Shown piece after piece: positions 36,058 through 52,274 of a stretch of 64,000 bases of DNA (position 1 is the first letter of the stretch; each line of letters starts with the position of its first letter). The DNA is from the human T2T-CHM13v2.0 reference genome, Homo sapiens. The translations under genes and the position numbers were made by a program. The stretch is taken from assembly GCF_009914755.1 (NCBI RefSeq), contig NC_060927.1. One strand, written 5' to 3'. Below the pieces are notes generated by a model, which was given only the letters and a program-made list of their open reading frames with translations, was not told the origin of the DNA and did no database searches.

Positions 36058-38159
36058 CTAGGGGGCACCTGCGATGGACAGTGACATGACCTCGCACTAG
36101 ACTTCTGATCCGTGTGTCCACAGGAAGGGCTTTCACCCATCACATGCCAAATCCATGCATCAACACGATGCTCATGGCTCCCCCGACCCAGGGCCTCTGT
36201 CCTTGCTGTTCCTGCTCCTCAGGAGGCCCTTCCTCCTCATCTACCTGCTGGACCCTGCCCACTGTGATAATCAGCAGCCATTGCTTCCTGAGGGCTACGT
36301 GCCAAGTGCTGGTCACAACACTTTGCACATGTTGTTTCTTTTGATTCATCCAACAACCCCATGAGGAAGTATCATTGCCTGCAGTTTATAGGTAAGGAAA
36401 CTGAGGCACTGAGAGGTTAAGTAACTTGTCTGGGGTCATGTAGCTATTAAGTTTGAGAATGAGGAGAGGAACCTAGTGCTGCTCTTCAGAATTTAGGGAA
36501 ACTTCCTCTCTCTTCTAGAAACATTCCTGAGTGGGCAGAGGCTGAGCTCTGCCCGGTTCATTGACTTATGAGTCCTGAGCTGCCCAGCCTTGGCTGGCAG
36601 AACCTGTGGTCAAGGATCCCATGGTGCAGTGGACCAGAAACCTGTGCCAGCTGCCCTGCAGTGTGCCAATTGATGGGAGCCTGGTTCCCAGAGGAGAGAA
36701 TGTTCTGTGACGGTGTGGATGGCAGGAAGTCAGGGTCCTGTACGCAGGGCCTCTTGACCATGCTGAGGAGTTGGGGGGCTGTCCTGAGGGCAGTGAGGAG
36801 GCACTCAGGGTCTTTTGGAGGGGAGGGCTAAAGCCAGAGGGCCAGAGTACCCCTGAGAACAGTGTCAGGCCTGCAGCAGTTGTGAGAAGGTGGGGGTCAA
36901 AGACGGGCATGGCTGAGGCACCTCGCTGGGGTTGGCAATCAGGTGGGGAGGTCACTCTGGTCTGGGCACCCGCCCTGATGGGGCTCTGTGCTAGGAGAGG
37001 CATTTGCTGGTCACCCCAGTGCCATCCTCTCACCATCAGCTCAGAAGAGGCCCTGTGGAGGTGGGCTGGAGGGCAGCGGGATGCTGTTGGCTCAGAGAGA
37101 GGCACCGGGAGGGCAGGTGGGTGGGCTCCTCAGCACTGCCACACAGGGCACCACCCACCAGCCCAGCCCTCCTGACTTCAGGGGTCCCTTTAGTGCTTGT
37201 GCCCAGAGGGAACTGCTCCTCCCTCAGCCGGGTCTTGGGAAAGGGAGGGACCCTGAAATCCTCCAGCCTCAGTTTGCATTCCTCACACGTAGAGAGACAG
37301 CCTTGAGACCTGCTTCTCTCCCCAGCACCCAAACCTGCTTTCATAACTTTTCCAACCCCCAGCCCCATTGCCTGTTGCTCTCCTGTTCCAGCCACGCCTG
37401 TTCCTTGCTGTTCCCTCCTCGGGGCCTTTGCACTTGCTGCTCCCTTTCCCCGGGTCATGCCTTTCCCCAGCCGCATAACTCACTCCCTTCAGAGCCACCT
37501 GATCCATGGGCGTCCTGGTAACTTTAAATGTGCCTCCCTCCCACCACATTCCTTATCCCTCATCCTTGCTTCGTTTCCCTCTGCTTCACGCCACCATCTA
37601 ACAACTATTTGTTTATTGAGCCTCTTCTGTTTAGAAGATAAGCTGTGTGATGGCAGGGACCTTTCCCTACTGTACCTGGAATGGTAACCAGCCCATAGGT
37701 CGTCCTCTAGTATCTGTTGAATAGATGTACAAATGTTTGAGCCTTTGGCCTTCCGTGCGCCATATCCTGCCTGTTCCGTGCTGCTCTGCTTGACTTCCAG
37801 GAGCCTTCCCTACCCAGCCTCAGACACACACAGCTGTGCTTAGAGCCCTCACTCAGCAGCACAGCCTGCACAGCTTTGCTGAGAGCTCCTACAGGTGGGG
37901 CCCGGGTAGCGCCTCACTTGGACCCCCACTTTTGGTCTTCCCCAGCACTGCCGGGGTGCACCAGGGTGGGTCTGGCACCCATGAGTGCCGACGCTCATTT
38001 CTAGAGAATGGAGCTCAGGAAAAGCCCTGCACCTCACTTTGCGCAGGCTCTCAGCTGTTTTGGTGGTGAGATGGCAGTTATCAGGTGGAGCTAGGACTCA
38101 GGAAAAAAGAGACAGGAGAGGCTCTTGGGGAAGGCCCTTCGGGGAAATGATAAAAGAAT

Positions 38160-38485
38160 TTTCAGGGATCAACAGCATCACCTGGAAGCTCTTTGGAAAT
38201 GCAGAAACTTGCAAGGCCCCAGACCTGCTGAATTAGAATCTACATTTTGACCAGGTTCCTGGGATTCGAACTTCAAGTGCTGTTTTTGACCATGAGCTCT
38301 GAAACTTGGTGCACTCTGTAATCACCTAGGGAGCTTTAAAAATATGGATGCCTGGGTCGCATCCAAGAGATTCTAGTTACATTGGACTGGAGTGGAGCCC
38401 AGGTGTGGGGATTTAAAAAAAAAAAAAACAAAAACCCAACAACTTCCCAGGTGACTCTAATGTGCAGCTAAGCTTGAGAAGTACA
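38160..38485. mobile_element. Adjacent MER5-family fossils
   Basis: CAGCATCACCTGG...AATGCAGA; AATCACCTAGGGAGCTTTAAAA...CCCAGGTGACTCTAATGTGCAG. Confidence 0.65.
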
Positions 38486-41245
38486 TACATTTTGGTAACA
38501 GACCTCTTCCTTCCACAGGCTCATGCCAGGCTTTCTAAGGCCACGCGATCAAAGCTTCATAGTTTAAGATGTGCAGAGAATTGTGGCCAGGCCCGGGTTC
38601 CAGAGCAGGGGCTGCCTCTGTGTGATCTTGGGCCAGTTTCTTCATCTCTCTGAGCCTTGAGTGTCCTCATATATAAAATGGGGATAATAATAACTCCATA
38701 GGAGGTTTCTAGGAGTTACAGCTAATGGCTGTAAAGTGGATACTCTCTATGAGAGGGCGATTATTGTTACTGTCAGCAGCATTTATTATGATTGCTGAGA
38801 GTGGCCAAGAGCTCCAGACCCAGGCAGGGGCTGCCTTCAGATATAAACAACTCTGCATGTTTTATAGGCTCACTGGGATCTGGCAGATAGAGGCTCTGAG
38901 CATGGTGACCCACTTCCCCTAACTCCTGGCAGGAGGTTCACTGAGCAATGAGTGCAAATGGCCGCTTTCCAGGAATTGGGGGAACTTATGGGGAACCCCA
39001 AATTCTCTTTGACCTTGGCATATGACTTTAATGGGACCATACTCCATGCACTGCAAACCTGTATTTAAAACATAATACCTTATGAACATCCTTCCATGCC
39101 AATTAAACACAATCTACAGCATCACTCTTTTTCTTTCTTTTTTTTTTTTACATTTGTGGCACATTCCACTGTACAGATGTGCTATAACTGGTTTAGCCAT
39201 TTCCCTGTGATAGTCATTCCTTTTTCCCTATTAAAAACATTGCCACAATAAATATCCTTTTACGTGCTTGTTTTAAAACAACTTGTCTAATTCTTTTCTT
39301 AGGAAAGATTTCTGGAGATGAAATTGTGTAGTCAATGAACGTTTTTAGAGATTCTGACACATAGTGCTAAATGATCCTAGGAGAAAGGTTTTAACCAAGT
39401 CCACAAGCTGCATGTGAGTAACTGCTTCCCTTTAACTATGCTAACACTGGGTATTCCATTCCCATGACCTTTTCTCATCCAACAGGACACTCGTTTTATT
39501 GGACATTTCTTTTTATTTTGTACTTCTTATTTGGTGAAATTTCCTGTTCATATCCTTTGCTCTTAATTGTTCTATTAACGTGTTTGCTTTTTTATATGGT
39601 TTATAAACATACTTTATATATTAAGGATATTACCCTTTTGTCTATTAGTACTATTTGTATTGTCACAATTTTCCTGATTTGTCATTTACCTTTATTGTAT
39701 TTGTTTACATTTTAAAATATTTCAGGATATATACTTTAAGTATAGGATAATAAAATGATTACCTGTGCACCCACCACCAAACTCTAATGAATATTAACAT
39801 TATGCCATATTTGTTTCAAATCTTGCTTTCTTTTTCCTTACCAAAAAAAAAAAAATAGCAAATACTTAAATAGCATTTGATGTATGCCAGGCACTGTTCT
39901 AGTGTTTTACATATACTAAACCATTTAACCCTCACAATAACCGTAAGTGATATGTAATGTTTATTATCCCCATTTTACAGATAGGGAAACTGAGATACAA
40001 AGGAGTTAAACCAGTAATTCAAATGATGGCTTCCACTATGAATTCTTACCCATCATGTGCCATCACAGATAAACCAGGAGCCACCCATAGTACTATATTC
40101 ATTCCAAGGTAATCACTATCCCAAATTTGATGTTTATCATTTCTACACATTTTTACATTTTTAATGTATATAACAACAACACATAGTATTTCTGTATTCT
40201 TTTAACTTTATGTAAATAGGCTATGCTTTATATATTCTCTTTTATTCTTAACATGTTTTTTATTCTTTGTTCCTTTTATTCTTAACATCATGTTTGAGAT
40301 TTATTGACACATGTATAAGTATTCATTCTAATCGTGTACAGTATTTCATTGTATGAGTACACCACAATTTATTTATCCACTTTATAAAATTAACGGACAT
40401 TTATGTTGATTCCAGTTTCCCCTATGACTAAAAGTACTGTAAAGAACTTTCTTATACATGTTTCCTTGTACAGATGTGTGAGACTTTCTTAAGAAGATAT
40501 ATATATATATGGAATTGTTGAGTTGTAGGGTACACAGTTTATATCTGTGATTTACCAAATATTGTTCAATTGCTCCCCAAAATGGTTGTACCAAATCCAC
40601 ACTCTTACAAGCTGTGAGTTCCCACTCTTCCACAACCCTGTCAACACACAGAAGTCTATTTTTTATTCTGTTAGGGTAAAAAATAGTATTTCAGTGTTGC
40701 TTTAATTTCCATTCCTCTGTTTCTCTTCATTTGTTTATAACCATCTGAATTACCTCTTGTGATTTGCTTGTCATTTCCTTTGTCCATTGTTGTGGTTCTG
40801 TTTTTATCATTTTATCACTATCCCTCTTTTCCTATTGATGTGTAACTCTTCAATATTGCCTGGATTCCATGTATTTCTGGTTAAATACTTATCATAATAT
40901 CAATTTCCAGTTTGTGGTAGTGAGTTCACTTAGTTTGTAACATCCCTTGTTGTACAGAGATTATAAATTTTAACAATTTATAATTTAGCAATCTTTTCTT
41001 TCATGATATAAGCTTTTTGGATTGTTGAAGGCCTTCCCAATCCCAAGATCTTAAAGCTTTTTTGCTTGTTTTTATTCTAAAAACTTTAAAGTTTTGCTTT
41101 ATCACATTTAGGTGTTAAGTCCAATTCCCCTGCATCTAATTTATGAATGTGATGTGAGGTAGGGATCTAAATTGATTTTCTTCCATGCAGATAACCATTC
41201 TCCCAGCATCATTTATTAAACAGTCCCATCCTTTTCCTACTGATT

Positions 41246-41558
<313 letters not shown>

Positions 41559-42479
41559 TTCTCCTACTGATTTATAATGCCACCTCTGTTATTTATCAAG
41601 TCACCAAATATGGATTGTTCTATTTCTGTGGTCTCAATTCTGTAGCACAATCTGTTTTTCCACCCCTGCACCAATACTATAATATTTTTAGCTTTATAAG
41701 ATATCTTAACATACTATGGTAAATTCTCTACCTTAGTCCTTAATTTATCTTGATCTACTTTACTTTTCCATATGAGTCTTAGGATTATCTTGTCAAGTTC
41801 CATTAAAAAAAAGTATTGAGATTTTGACTGGAATTACATTGAACTTATAGGTTAATTTGGGAAGAATTTGTATCCCTACAATATTCATACTTTCATTCAT
41901 GAAAATGGTACATCGCTCTACTTTTATGTCTTCTTTTATGTTTTTCGGCAGTTTCATAATTTTTTCATATGAAATTTGCATATCTTTTGTTCTATTTATT
42001 GCTAAATTTCTCATAGTTTTTATTGTGATCATAAGTGGAAACTTTAAAAATTTATTTTCTCCAGCTGATTGTTGATGGTGACTAGGAACACTACTTGGAA
42101 TACTGAGGCTGTACCCCCTAATATTGTTGAACTCTCGTATTAGTTCTAACAGCCTCTCTGTAGATTTTCTAAAATGATCTAAATAGACAACAACATAATC
42201 TGGAAAATAATGTCAGATATGTTTTTCTTCCTTCTTTCTTCTATGTCTTCTCTTCATCTCTCTATATTACGTTCGGGGCAACTTTATTAGATCTAAATTT
42301 ACAATCATTTAATTATCTTCCCAACTGTATTAATATGCTATTTGATGCGTACATTGAAATTTTAATCTCAATGTCTATATTTTTCATTTCTGGAGATTTT
42401 ATTTGGTTCTTTTTCAAAGTTGTATTATTTTCTTATGTTTTTAATCCCTTATTTTATGTCTTTAGTTATTATGAAGGTG

Positions 42480-42775
42480 TTTTTTTTTTTGAGCAGAGTC
42501 TGGTCCTGTCACCCAGGCTGGAGTGCAGTGATACGATCTTGGCTCACTGCAATCTCGGTCCCGCTGGGGATCCAAGTGATCCTGCCACCTCAGCCTCCCA
42601 AGTAGCTAGGACCACAGGTGCACACCACCACACCCGGCTATTTTTGTGTATTTTTAGTAGAGACAGGGTCTTGCCATGTTGCCCAGGCTGGTCTCGAATT
42701 CCTGAGCTCGAGCAATCTGCCTGCCTCAGCCTCCCAAAGTTCTGGAATTACAGGTGTGAGATACCGCGCCTGGCC
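42480..42775 (-). mobile_element. AluJ
   Basis: Diverged full-length Alu; TSD-like ATTATGAA. Confidence 0.88.
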
Positions 42776-43427
42776 AATTATGAACATTTTTATCATCTCT
42801 ATCAAGCAGTTCTACTATGTGACATTTTTAAGGGGATAGCCTGATTGTGTCTGCGTGTGTGTATGTCTGCTGACTCTTCCTCATGGTGGAATATTTCCTT
42901 CTGTGTTTTATAATTTGGGAAATCCAGCCTGACCTAGGCTAAAGGTGTGTCCTTCCAGAGAAGTTTTGTTCCCTTTTAGGGGCCCCAAGACATCATTCTA
43001 GGATCACTTTCTATGTTAATTTTTTAGATGTAGGTTCCAGGACTACTCAGGTGTAAATTTGAACCCCAAATCTGTATAAGGCCAAATCCATAGTCACAAG
43101 CCTTTCAGGGGTTACTTTTTTCCTTTCCAGCCCTGGCCAAGACAGGGATTCTTTATCATTTCCCAGGGCCTGTGTGTAGGTTTTTTCTGGTTCACCATTT
43201 TTCTGAATGTATAGTCATATCCTTACGGGGCTACTCAGTTTCAACCCCTACTCACACTGTCCCAAGGTTGAATGTCTTGTCTCTACATGCTCATTAAAAT
43301 CCAAGCCTCCAGATTATGCAAATCAACACCTCCCCACCCCACCCAGAGCAACCACAGAGCCATTTCACATGTTTACTGCTATGGTTTTTAAGCTTCTTTT
43401 TGTTTTTGGCACTTGGGGTTTCTGTTA

Positions 43428-43996
43428 AAGTAGCCCCTCTTATCTACGGGGAATACATTCCCACAAGGCTCCTAGTGAGTGCCTGAAACCATGGATATTA
43501 CTGAACCCTGTATATACTATGCCTTTTCCTAAATCTACATACCTCTGATAAAGTTTGATTTATAAATTGGGCACAATAAGAGATTAACAACTTCTCTTTG
43601 TCATATATTTGGCTTCTCTTTGGCACATCCGTATTGCCAGCAACATTACTATTCTGCTTTGGGGAATAATGATTAAGTAAAATAAGGGTTACTTGAACAC
43701 AAACACTGTGATACCACAACAGTCTACCTGATAACAGAGATAGCTAGTAAGTGACTAATGGATAGGTTGCATATAGAGCGTGGATACGCTGAACAAAGGG
43801 ACAATTCATGTCCCGGAGCAGAATAGAGCAGGACAGTGTGAGATTTCATCATAATACTCAAAACGGTGTGCCATTTAAAACTAATGAATTGTTTATTTCT
43901 GGAATTTTCTATTTAATATTTTCACGTCATGGGTGACCATGGGTAACTGAAACCATGTTTCCATGGTTTCAAAATTGTGGATAAGAGGAACTACTG
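43428..43996 (-). mobile_element. MER44-family (TcMar-Tigger) DNA-transposon fossil
   Basis: Terminal inverted repeats AGTAGCCCCTCTTATC / GATAAGAGGAACTACTG, TA on both flanks, internal GAATTGTTTATTTCTGGAATTTTC. Confidence 0.8.
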
Positions 43997-45437
43997 TACT
44001 TTCTCATGCACTTAGCTATGTAATTCAAAGGATGTTTCCTGTATTTTAAATTGTTTATTAATAGGAGACTTTTCAGATTTTCTTGTCCATAATGTTGCTG
44101 GAAACAGAAGTTTCATTTGCCTTTTACTTTTATTTGTGTGATGGGCTAAAAAGTTAGCTAAATCTATCAGTCTTCTCCTTTGTGGAATTTGTCTTCAGAG
44201 ACATGCTTAGAAAGGCTTTTCCCATGCTGATTATTTACTCATGCTTATTTTTATGGTTTTGTTTCTTAACACTTAATATTTAAACTACCTAGAATATATT
44301 AAATGCAATAAAATCAAAACCTTACATATTAGTAATAAAGCTATTCAAACAGAACAAAATATAGCTATAACACAACTACATTGCCTGTTATCAATATTTT
44401 AACGACAAGTTTAGTACAATGCAGTTCAGCTACAACTTGCTGACCCAGTGAAGCCACCAGTGCTGTTCATCACACCTAACTTGCTGCTCAGTCCAACCCA
44501 ATGGTCACAACCTGATAAAAACACACTCAACTGAAACCCTGCATAACTACCATCTGAAGACCACCCAACATTTCCAACAGTGCCATGAGACTTCTACCCA
44601 CTGAGATGTAGCTTTGCCTTCTGTTTGCACATAGAAGGAAAGAAAAGTAAAATTACAGCAAGTTGACTCAAATTGGTGAAAAAATCTGAATAGGCCCCGC
44701 AGAGAACTACCTAGAGTCCTGGGTTTGGAAAGTAAGAAGAAAAGAAAATCCTCCTACCCCACAGTGTGAGAGACCTACCTGCCTATGGGGGGTCACTTGA
44801 ACAGCTGGGCCTGAGACAGGCTGGGTCTTCAGTAAGAACAAGCTTAGATCAAATGGGGCCAGAAGTCCCCCTACCACCCCCACACCAGCCTCGATGATGA
44901 TCTCACAAGCTCCTTTTTAAGGCCAGTGGGATCATGGCAACTCTGCCCTGGGATCCTCTAAAGATGGGCTGACTCTGTTTACCTCGACTGATCCAATATG
45001 GCCCTGTCCTGGGAGTTGAGAGATGACCAACTCTGCCCCTGCCATGTCATCCCTCCTGTCTCTGGGCCTCAGTTTCCCTATCTGTATAATAAAGAGGCAG
45101 GACTTGATTTGGTATCAAGAAAAAAAAAATCAGAATTAGAATCCAGACATTCTGACTTCCAGGAGCAGTCTAACAACAACAACAATAGCACAGCTATCAT
45201 TTGTTTTGAGTGCTTACTGTTTATCAATCTATGAGCCAAGCATATTATACACATTATCTTATACAGTCCTCATTACCTTCCTATGAGGTTGATATTGTCA
45301 TACTAATTTCACATTTATTGAATTCAACAAATATTTATTGGGCCAATTACTGAGTAAACTGCTTGAGATCAGCTAGTTAGTAAGAGCTGAGTCAGAATTC
45401 AAATCTGGCTCTGCCTGATTTACTTACTACACCCAGC

Positions 45438-45540
45438 TATCCATCCATCTGTCCATCCATCCATCCATCCATCCATCCATCCATCCCTCCATCCTTCCCT
45501 CCTTCTATCCAACCATCCATCCACAATTTCCCCCATCCAA
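45438..45540. repeat. (CCAT)n microsatellite
   Basis: Directly visible. Confidence 0.9.
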
Positions 45541-45733
45541 CAACACTGATGCAAGCTCCGTCCATAAGAGAACTACTTCCTTCTGCACGCATTCTCCTCC
45601 ACCTACAAATTACAAAATCTCAAGTCTCCACACATTTCAGGTTTACCCCCAGCTCACTTTTGTTTTCTAGATTCTGGGCATCTGCATAAACTTCTTTTCA
45701 CTCCACCCTCCCACTCCAAATCTACATTTCTCA

Positions 45734-46201
<468 letters not shown>

Positions 46202-47088
46202 TCATATGTAACTGGAATACCTTCCAGGAAAGATTTATGACTTGCTCTGGGAGATGACAGGGCTGCTAGGTGACAGCGGGACAGTGGGAGCAGGGAAGGC
46301 CAAGGGAGTGGGTGGCCTGTGTCCTGGCTCCTTAATCTGGAAATATGAGAGAAGAGGTCCATAGGGACAGGAAACAAAGATGGAGGTGGGGAAAATGGGG
46401 ACAGGAGAGATTATCAGGACAAACGTACAACTGCTTAAGACAACAGTCCCACATAGACCTGGGGACACTCAGGGGAGGACAGGCTGAAAATGATGAGACA
46501 GTAATGGGGACATGCAAGTTCAGACACGAGGACACCTGGGACAGAATGGGCAGGGACAGATGTGGACATCTGGGATGTGTCAGGACAAATGGGAGAGGGG
46601 ATGCCAAGGACAGGCTGGAAAAGATGAGAATACATCCGAGATAGGAGGGAACAAGATCAGGATGGGGGGTGCCCCATTCAGACTGGAAGGGATGTGGAGT
46701 TGCCTAGGGCAGGAATGGCTGGGAAAGATGTAGGATGCCTGGAATAGTCTGAAGTAGATATGGGAATAGCTAGAACAGGCATGGGTATGCTCAGGACAGG
46801 ATGGTCCTAGATAGACATGGTTATGGTTGGGAGATGATGGAATGAGACTGACAAGCATCTGGGACAGGCCAGATGTGGGAGTATTTGGGAGAAACACAGG
46901 CATGGTGATACCCAGGAGAGAACAAGCTGAAACAGATGAAAAGACATGGAAGGACAGGCAAGGCTACACAGAACAGAGAAGGCTGGGACAGTGTGGGGAT
47001 GTCTAAAGCAGGCCAAGACAAATGGGGGATGCCTGGGTCAGGCTGGGATAAAGATGAGGGTACCTGCAGCGGAAGTGGGGGGTGCTTA

Positions 47089-47265
<177 letters not shown>

Positions 47266-48669
47266 TCAGCCTGGGGAAAAGGGTCCTGCCCCCAGCTCCT
47301 GTCCTGCTGGACCTGGGGAGGCCGGTCCAGACTCAGGCTGGGGATGCCACAGGGATAGGATGAAGGTCTTGATGGGACACTGGATGCTGGGCTTCTCTGT
47401 TCCCAACTCCCTCCCAGTTAAGAACTCCCTCCACCCCTCCTCCCAATCACTGTCTCCTTCATTCTCCTTTCTTCTTCACTGCCTCTCATCAGCAGTGATT
47501 CCTGAGTGTGGTCAGGAAGCTACACATATCACAGGTCCTCCCTGAGCCTGATGCTGCCATACACATTAGTACATGCAAAAATGATCTGGGAGTCTTAACT
47601 GACCACAAGTTTCCTAGCGTCAAGAGCATAAAGAAGCTGAAAAAAAAATCTAACATGCTCTAAGATAATGCTAATAGCAGGATAAAGTACAATGCTTACA
47701 TATGGCTGGTGGGGGGCTGTGTCTTTTGTGGAGGCAGTTAGGCTGGATTTACCAAGAAAATTTTAAATTGGCCCTCAAGTCCTCGTCTAGTAATCTAACT
47801 TCATAAATAATTACACATGTGCATCAAAAATACCCATAAATGATGTTCATTGCAGCAGTGTTCCTAATACCATAAGAACAAAACACCAATCAATAGCAAC
47901 CATATTCAAATCAATTATAGACACAGTCCAACTCTGGGCTCTGATAGACAACAAAGAGAACGAGGCAGTTCTTTGGATGCTCCCATGCGGACATCTCCAA
48001 GACAAACAGTTTGATGAAAAAACAAGAAAAAGATCTGGAAAATGCATACCAAATAATTAAAGTGGACATATCTGGGGAATGGGATTGTGGGGGAGGGGAA
48101 AAAGAGGGAGAAGTTCCCTTTTCACTTCATGTACTTCTGCACTGTGGGGTTTGTTTTCACCATGCATGCACCATTTTTATCAGTAAAAAACCCAGGCCTG
48201 GAAACAGCCCTGGTGAAGGGAGGTGGCAGGCAGGCATTCTCTAGGCTTACCTGGAGCCTCCCACAGAACCAAGGAGGGCCAATAAAGCCTTCACTTCAGC
48301 AGGGCCCTGCATGACCACGGCCCAGGTGCTGAGCTGTTCAGCATGCAATAGCAAGACTCTAATCTTCATAGGGCAGAGGGAAGATGGGCCTAGATTAGCC
48401 AGGGTAGAAGAAGCAGGGCATAGGGTGGATACCAAATAGATCTGGGCTCAAGTTAAGGACATCCCGGCCATTGGTAGGACTGCTCTGAAATGTTGCCTAG
48501 GGAGGTAGTGAGCTCCCAGTCATGGAAGTATTCAAGTGGAGGCACCTGAGAGGGCTGAGGTGGCTGGTGCAATGGTACTACCCTAGGTCCAACGCAACCA
48601 TGAATTTGGCCAGCTTAACTCACAAGCAAGTTTTAAATTCTCCCAACTTCTCCCCTCCTTCTTTGCCAT

Positions 48670-49129
48670 CTATGATAGTTTGGTTATCACTTGGCACATA
48701 TGCACTCTCTTTCCCCTCCCACCGAGGGTGAATTAACTTCCCTGCCCTGGGCATGAATGACTTGCTTTGGACAACAGAATGTTAGTGGACATGCTGTGAA
48801 CAGAAACCTCAACTGGGCTAGTGCTGTTTATCTTGCTCTTGTGCTCCAGGAATTCTCCATGAAAAGAGCTTCCCCAGATAGCTGTCACCTTTTCAGCCTA
48901 AGCCTCAGAACAAAGATGCAGAGCAGCCCTGAGCCTAACCCACAGCATGGAGCCCAGCCCAGCCAGCATGCCGTCTGGAGCAGGGCTTCCCAGCTAAGCC
49001 TAACCTACATGGGCCATGTTGTAGTTAACTTGCAGATAAGTGAGCATGAGAATAAAGGCTTGTTGCTAGAGATTGACTTCTGGGGTAGTTTGTTACACAG
49101 CATTATTATTATAATAGCTGACTAATACA
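48670..49129 (+). mobile_element. MLT1 (ERVL-MaLR) solo LTR
   Basis: TGACTTGCTTTGG...AATAAA...TTTGTTACACAGCA...ATAGCTGACTAATACA, a typical MLT1 3' end. Confidence 0.75.
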
Positions 49130-49800
49130 CCATCCTAGTCCAGGCAGTCATCTTCTCTTTCCCAAAACCACTGCAACAGCCTCCTAACTGGCTTCTTTTC
49201 TTCTTCTCATCCCTGTATTCTCTGCATAGTAGAAAGGGATTCCTTTAAAAAGTAAATCAGATAATGTCACTCCTCTGTTCAACAACTCCTCCCACCCTAC
49301 TCCTCCCCATCTTACTCACACAGTATATCCAAACTTATCTATGGTCTAGAAGGCCCTGCACAGTCCAAATCCTAACTCATGAAATTCATTTTAATGTTTC
49401 ACCACACCTGGCCCTGTTAGTCCCTCTCATCCCTTGGATGTGTCCTCCTCAGGGGCTTTGCACTTGCTATTCCCTCTGCCTGAACGCTGTTCCTCTGCAT
49501 CTTTAGGGCTGGCTCCCTAAAATCATTTGCCTGTCAATTTTAATGTTACCTTCTTGGGAAGGCCTTTCCTGAGTATTCTAATAGCCCTCATCCTCATCCC
49601 TCCCCTTAGCAGCTTTCTATCACATGACTTATTGCTACCTGAAAATATTGATCAGTTTACTGTCTTCCTAACTACGGTATAAACTCCAAGAGACAGTGAT
49701 CTTGCCTTCTTTGTTCACTGCTATAACCCTGGAGTCTCAACACTGCCTGGCACGCCACATGGCAGGCTGGCACTAGATAGATATTGGTTGGATGGATAAA
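49130..49800 (+). mobile_element. L2 fragment (approximate)
   Basis: CAACAGCCTCCTAACTGG..., TTTGCACTTGCTATTCCCTCTGCCTG..., TTGTTCACTGCT...TGCCTGGCAC. Confidence 0.7.
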
Positions 49801-51383
49801 TTCTTGGGAATCAATCGGAAGGCTTGGGTTAGAGTTCCAGCTCTGTTCCTAACTTGCTAGGTGGCCACAGGAAATGAGGATGAAGATTTAACATGTAGGG
49901 GGAGAAAAGGAATGGATATTCAGTGTGCTTCTCCCACCTCCATCTGGACTTTTGGAACCAGGCAGTCTCATACAAGCAGGGGGCAAAGTAAGTCTTCAGC
50001 CCCTACCTCCCAATCTGGATAAACTGAACGTGAGCTGTCTGCTGGGCTGGCCCTTCCTTCCCATCCTTGTTGATTAGGCACCCACAGTGTGCCCAACCCT
50101 GTGCTTTGTTTTCAGACTAGAACTGGGCAGAAACGTCTCACTGGGGACCCAGTGGAAGCACAGAAGGCATTCCCAGGGGCCTGCAGCCTGCTAATCTCTT
50201 TGACTCTTCAAATGTCTCCATCTTGGTTCGCTAATTCCTTTAACTTTGCAAATGACCCTGTCTTGGCCTGCTAATCCCTTTAAGGTTACAAATGGGCCCC
50301 ACAGAAGTGAGAATGGGTGAAGTCAGAATTCCTGGTAATGAAGTGCTTGAACTTGGATTCCTCCCGACATGTGCAGTACAATGAGATGATTTTCTCCTTA
50401 ATGAGATTAGGAAATTCTATTAGCGCTCCCAGCTGCTGACCCGATTCCATGAGGCTGAGGCTCCAGGGCTGAACCTGCCTGGTTCAGTGTTCCTGGAAAC
50501 TAGACACCCCACCCTTCAGATGGGCCAGGGCCTCCCCAGCTCTACCTAAAGCTGTGGTCTGCCCCCAGGGGTGCCCAGTTTCCTCCCTTCACCCTGTGCT
50601 CCAGAGGAGTGTGGGGCCCTGGGCATTCTGCAGTGTACCCCAGGATCCTCACTCCTTCCTGCTTACTAATACCAATAACAGATAATACTAATGGCTCTAA
50701 GACCAGGCAAGTATTGGTCTCAACACTGGACCTAGTTGCACTCTTTCAGTCCTCACCACAACTTGCTGGCGTATAATTTTCACTTTACAGATGAGGAAAT
50801 TGAGGCACAAAGAGATTAATTAACCTGTACCAAGTCCCACAGATTGAGCGAGAGTCTGAGTGGCACAAAATAAGCCACGTGGCTGGGAGCCCTGCATCTT
50901 CAGGCCATCCTCCACCTTCCTGGTCAAGCCTCCCATCTGTTCTACCTTCCTCTCCAAGTGCGCTCTGCAGGCCTTGGGGGTTGAGCCAGATGTTCAGCTT
51001 TTTCCTGGGTGGGCTGCTCTGGTCACTGTGTTGGGGGCCTGGGGTCAGCAAGGACACCTGATGGCTGATTGGGCAGCCATCAGTCTGTCATAGAACTGAC
51101 TAAGTGACCAAAGCTCTGATTGGCCTTTCACAATCTGGCCAGTCCCTTCCTATCACCTTTGTAACAGTCACTGCAACTTCTCTCCCCGTCGCTCCCTCTG
51201 TTCCAGCCACACTGACCTCGTGGCATCTCCTCCAACAGGCTAGGCAGAGTTCTGCCTCAGGGCCTTCACATTTGCTGTTCCTTGTGTCTGGAACAGGCTT
51301 CCCCAGATGATGGTAATGAAGGCTTTACTAGTTGTGACATAGTTAACTATCATCCCTCTTTATCACCATTACACACAATATAG

Positions 51384-51746
<363 letters not shown>

Positions 51747-51809
51747 TGAGGGCCCAGTTTTTTTTTTGTAAGTTTATGCACCTAGAGCCCAGCACACAGT
51801 AGGTGCTCA

Positions 51810-52274
<465 letters not shown>

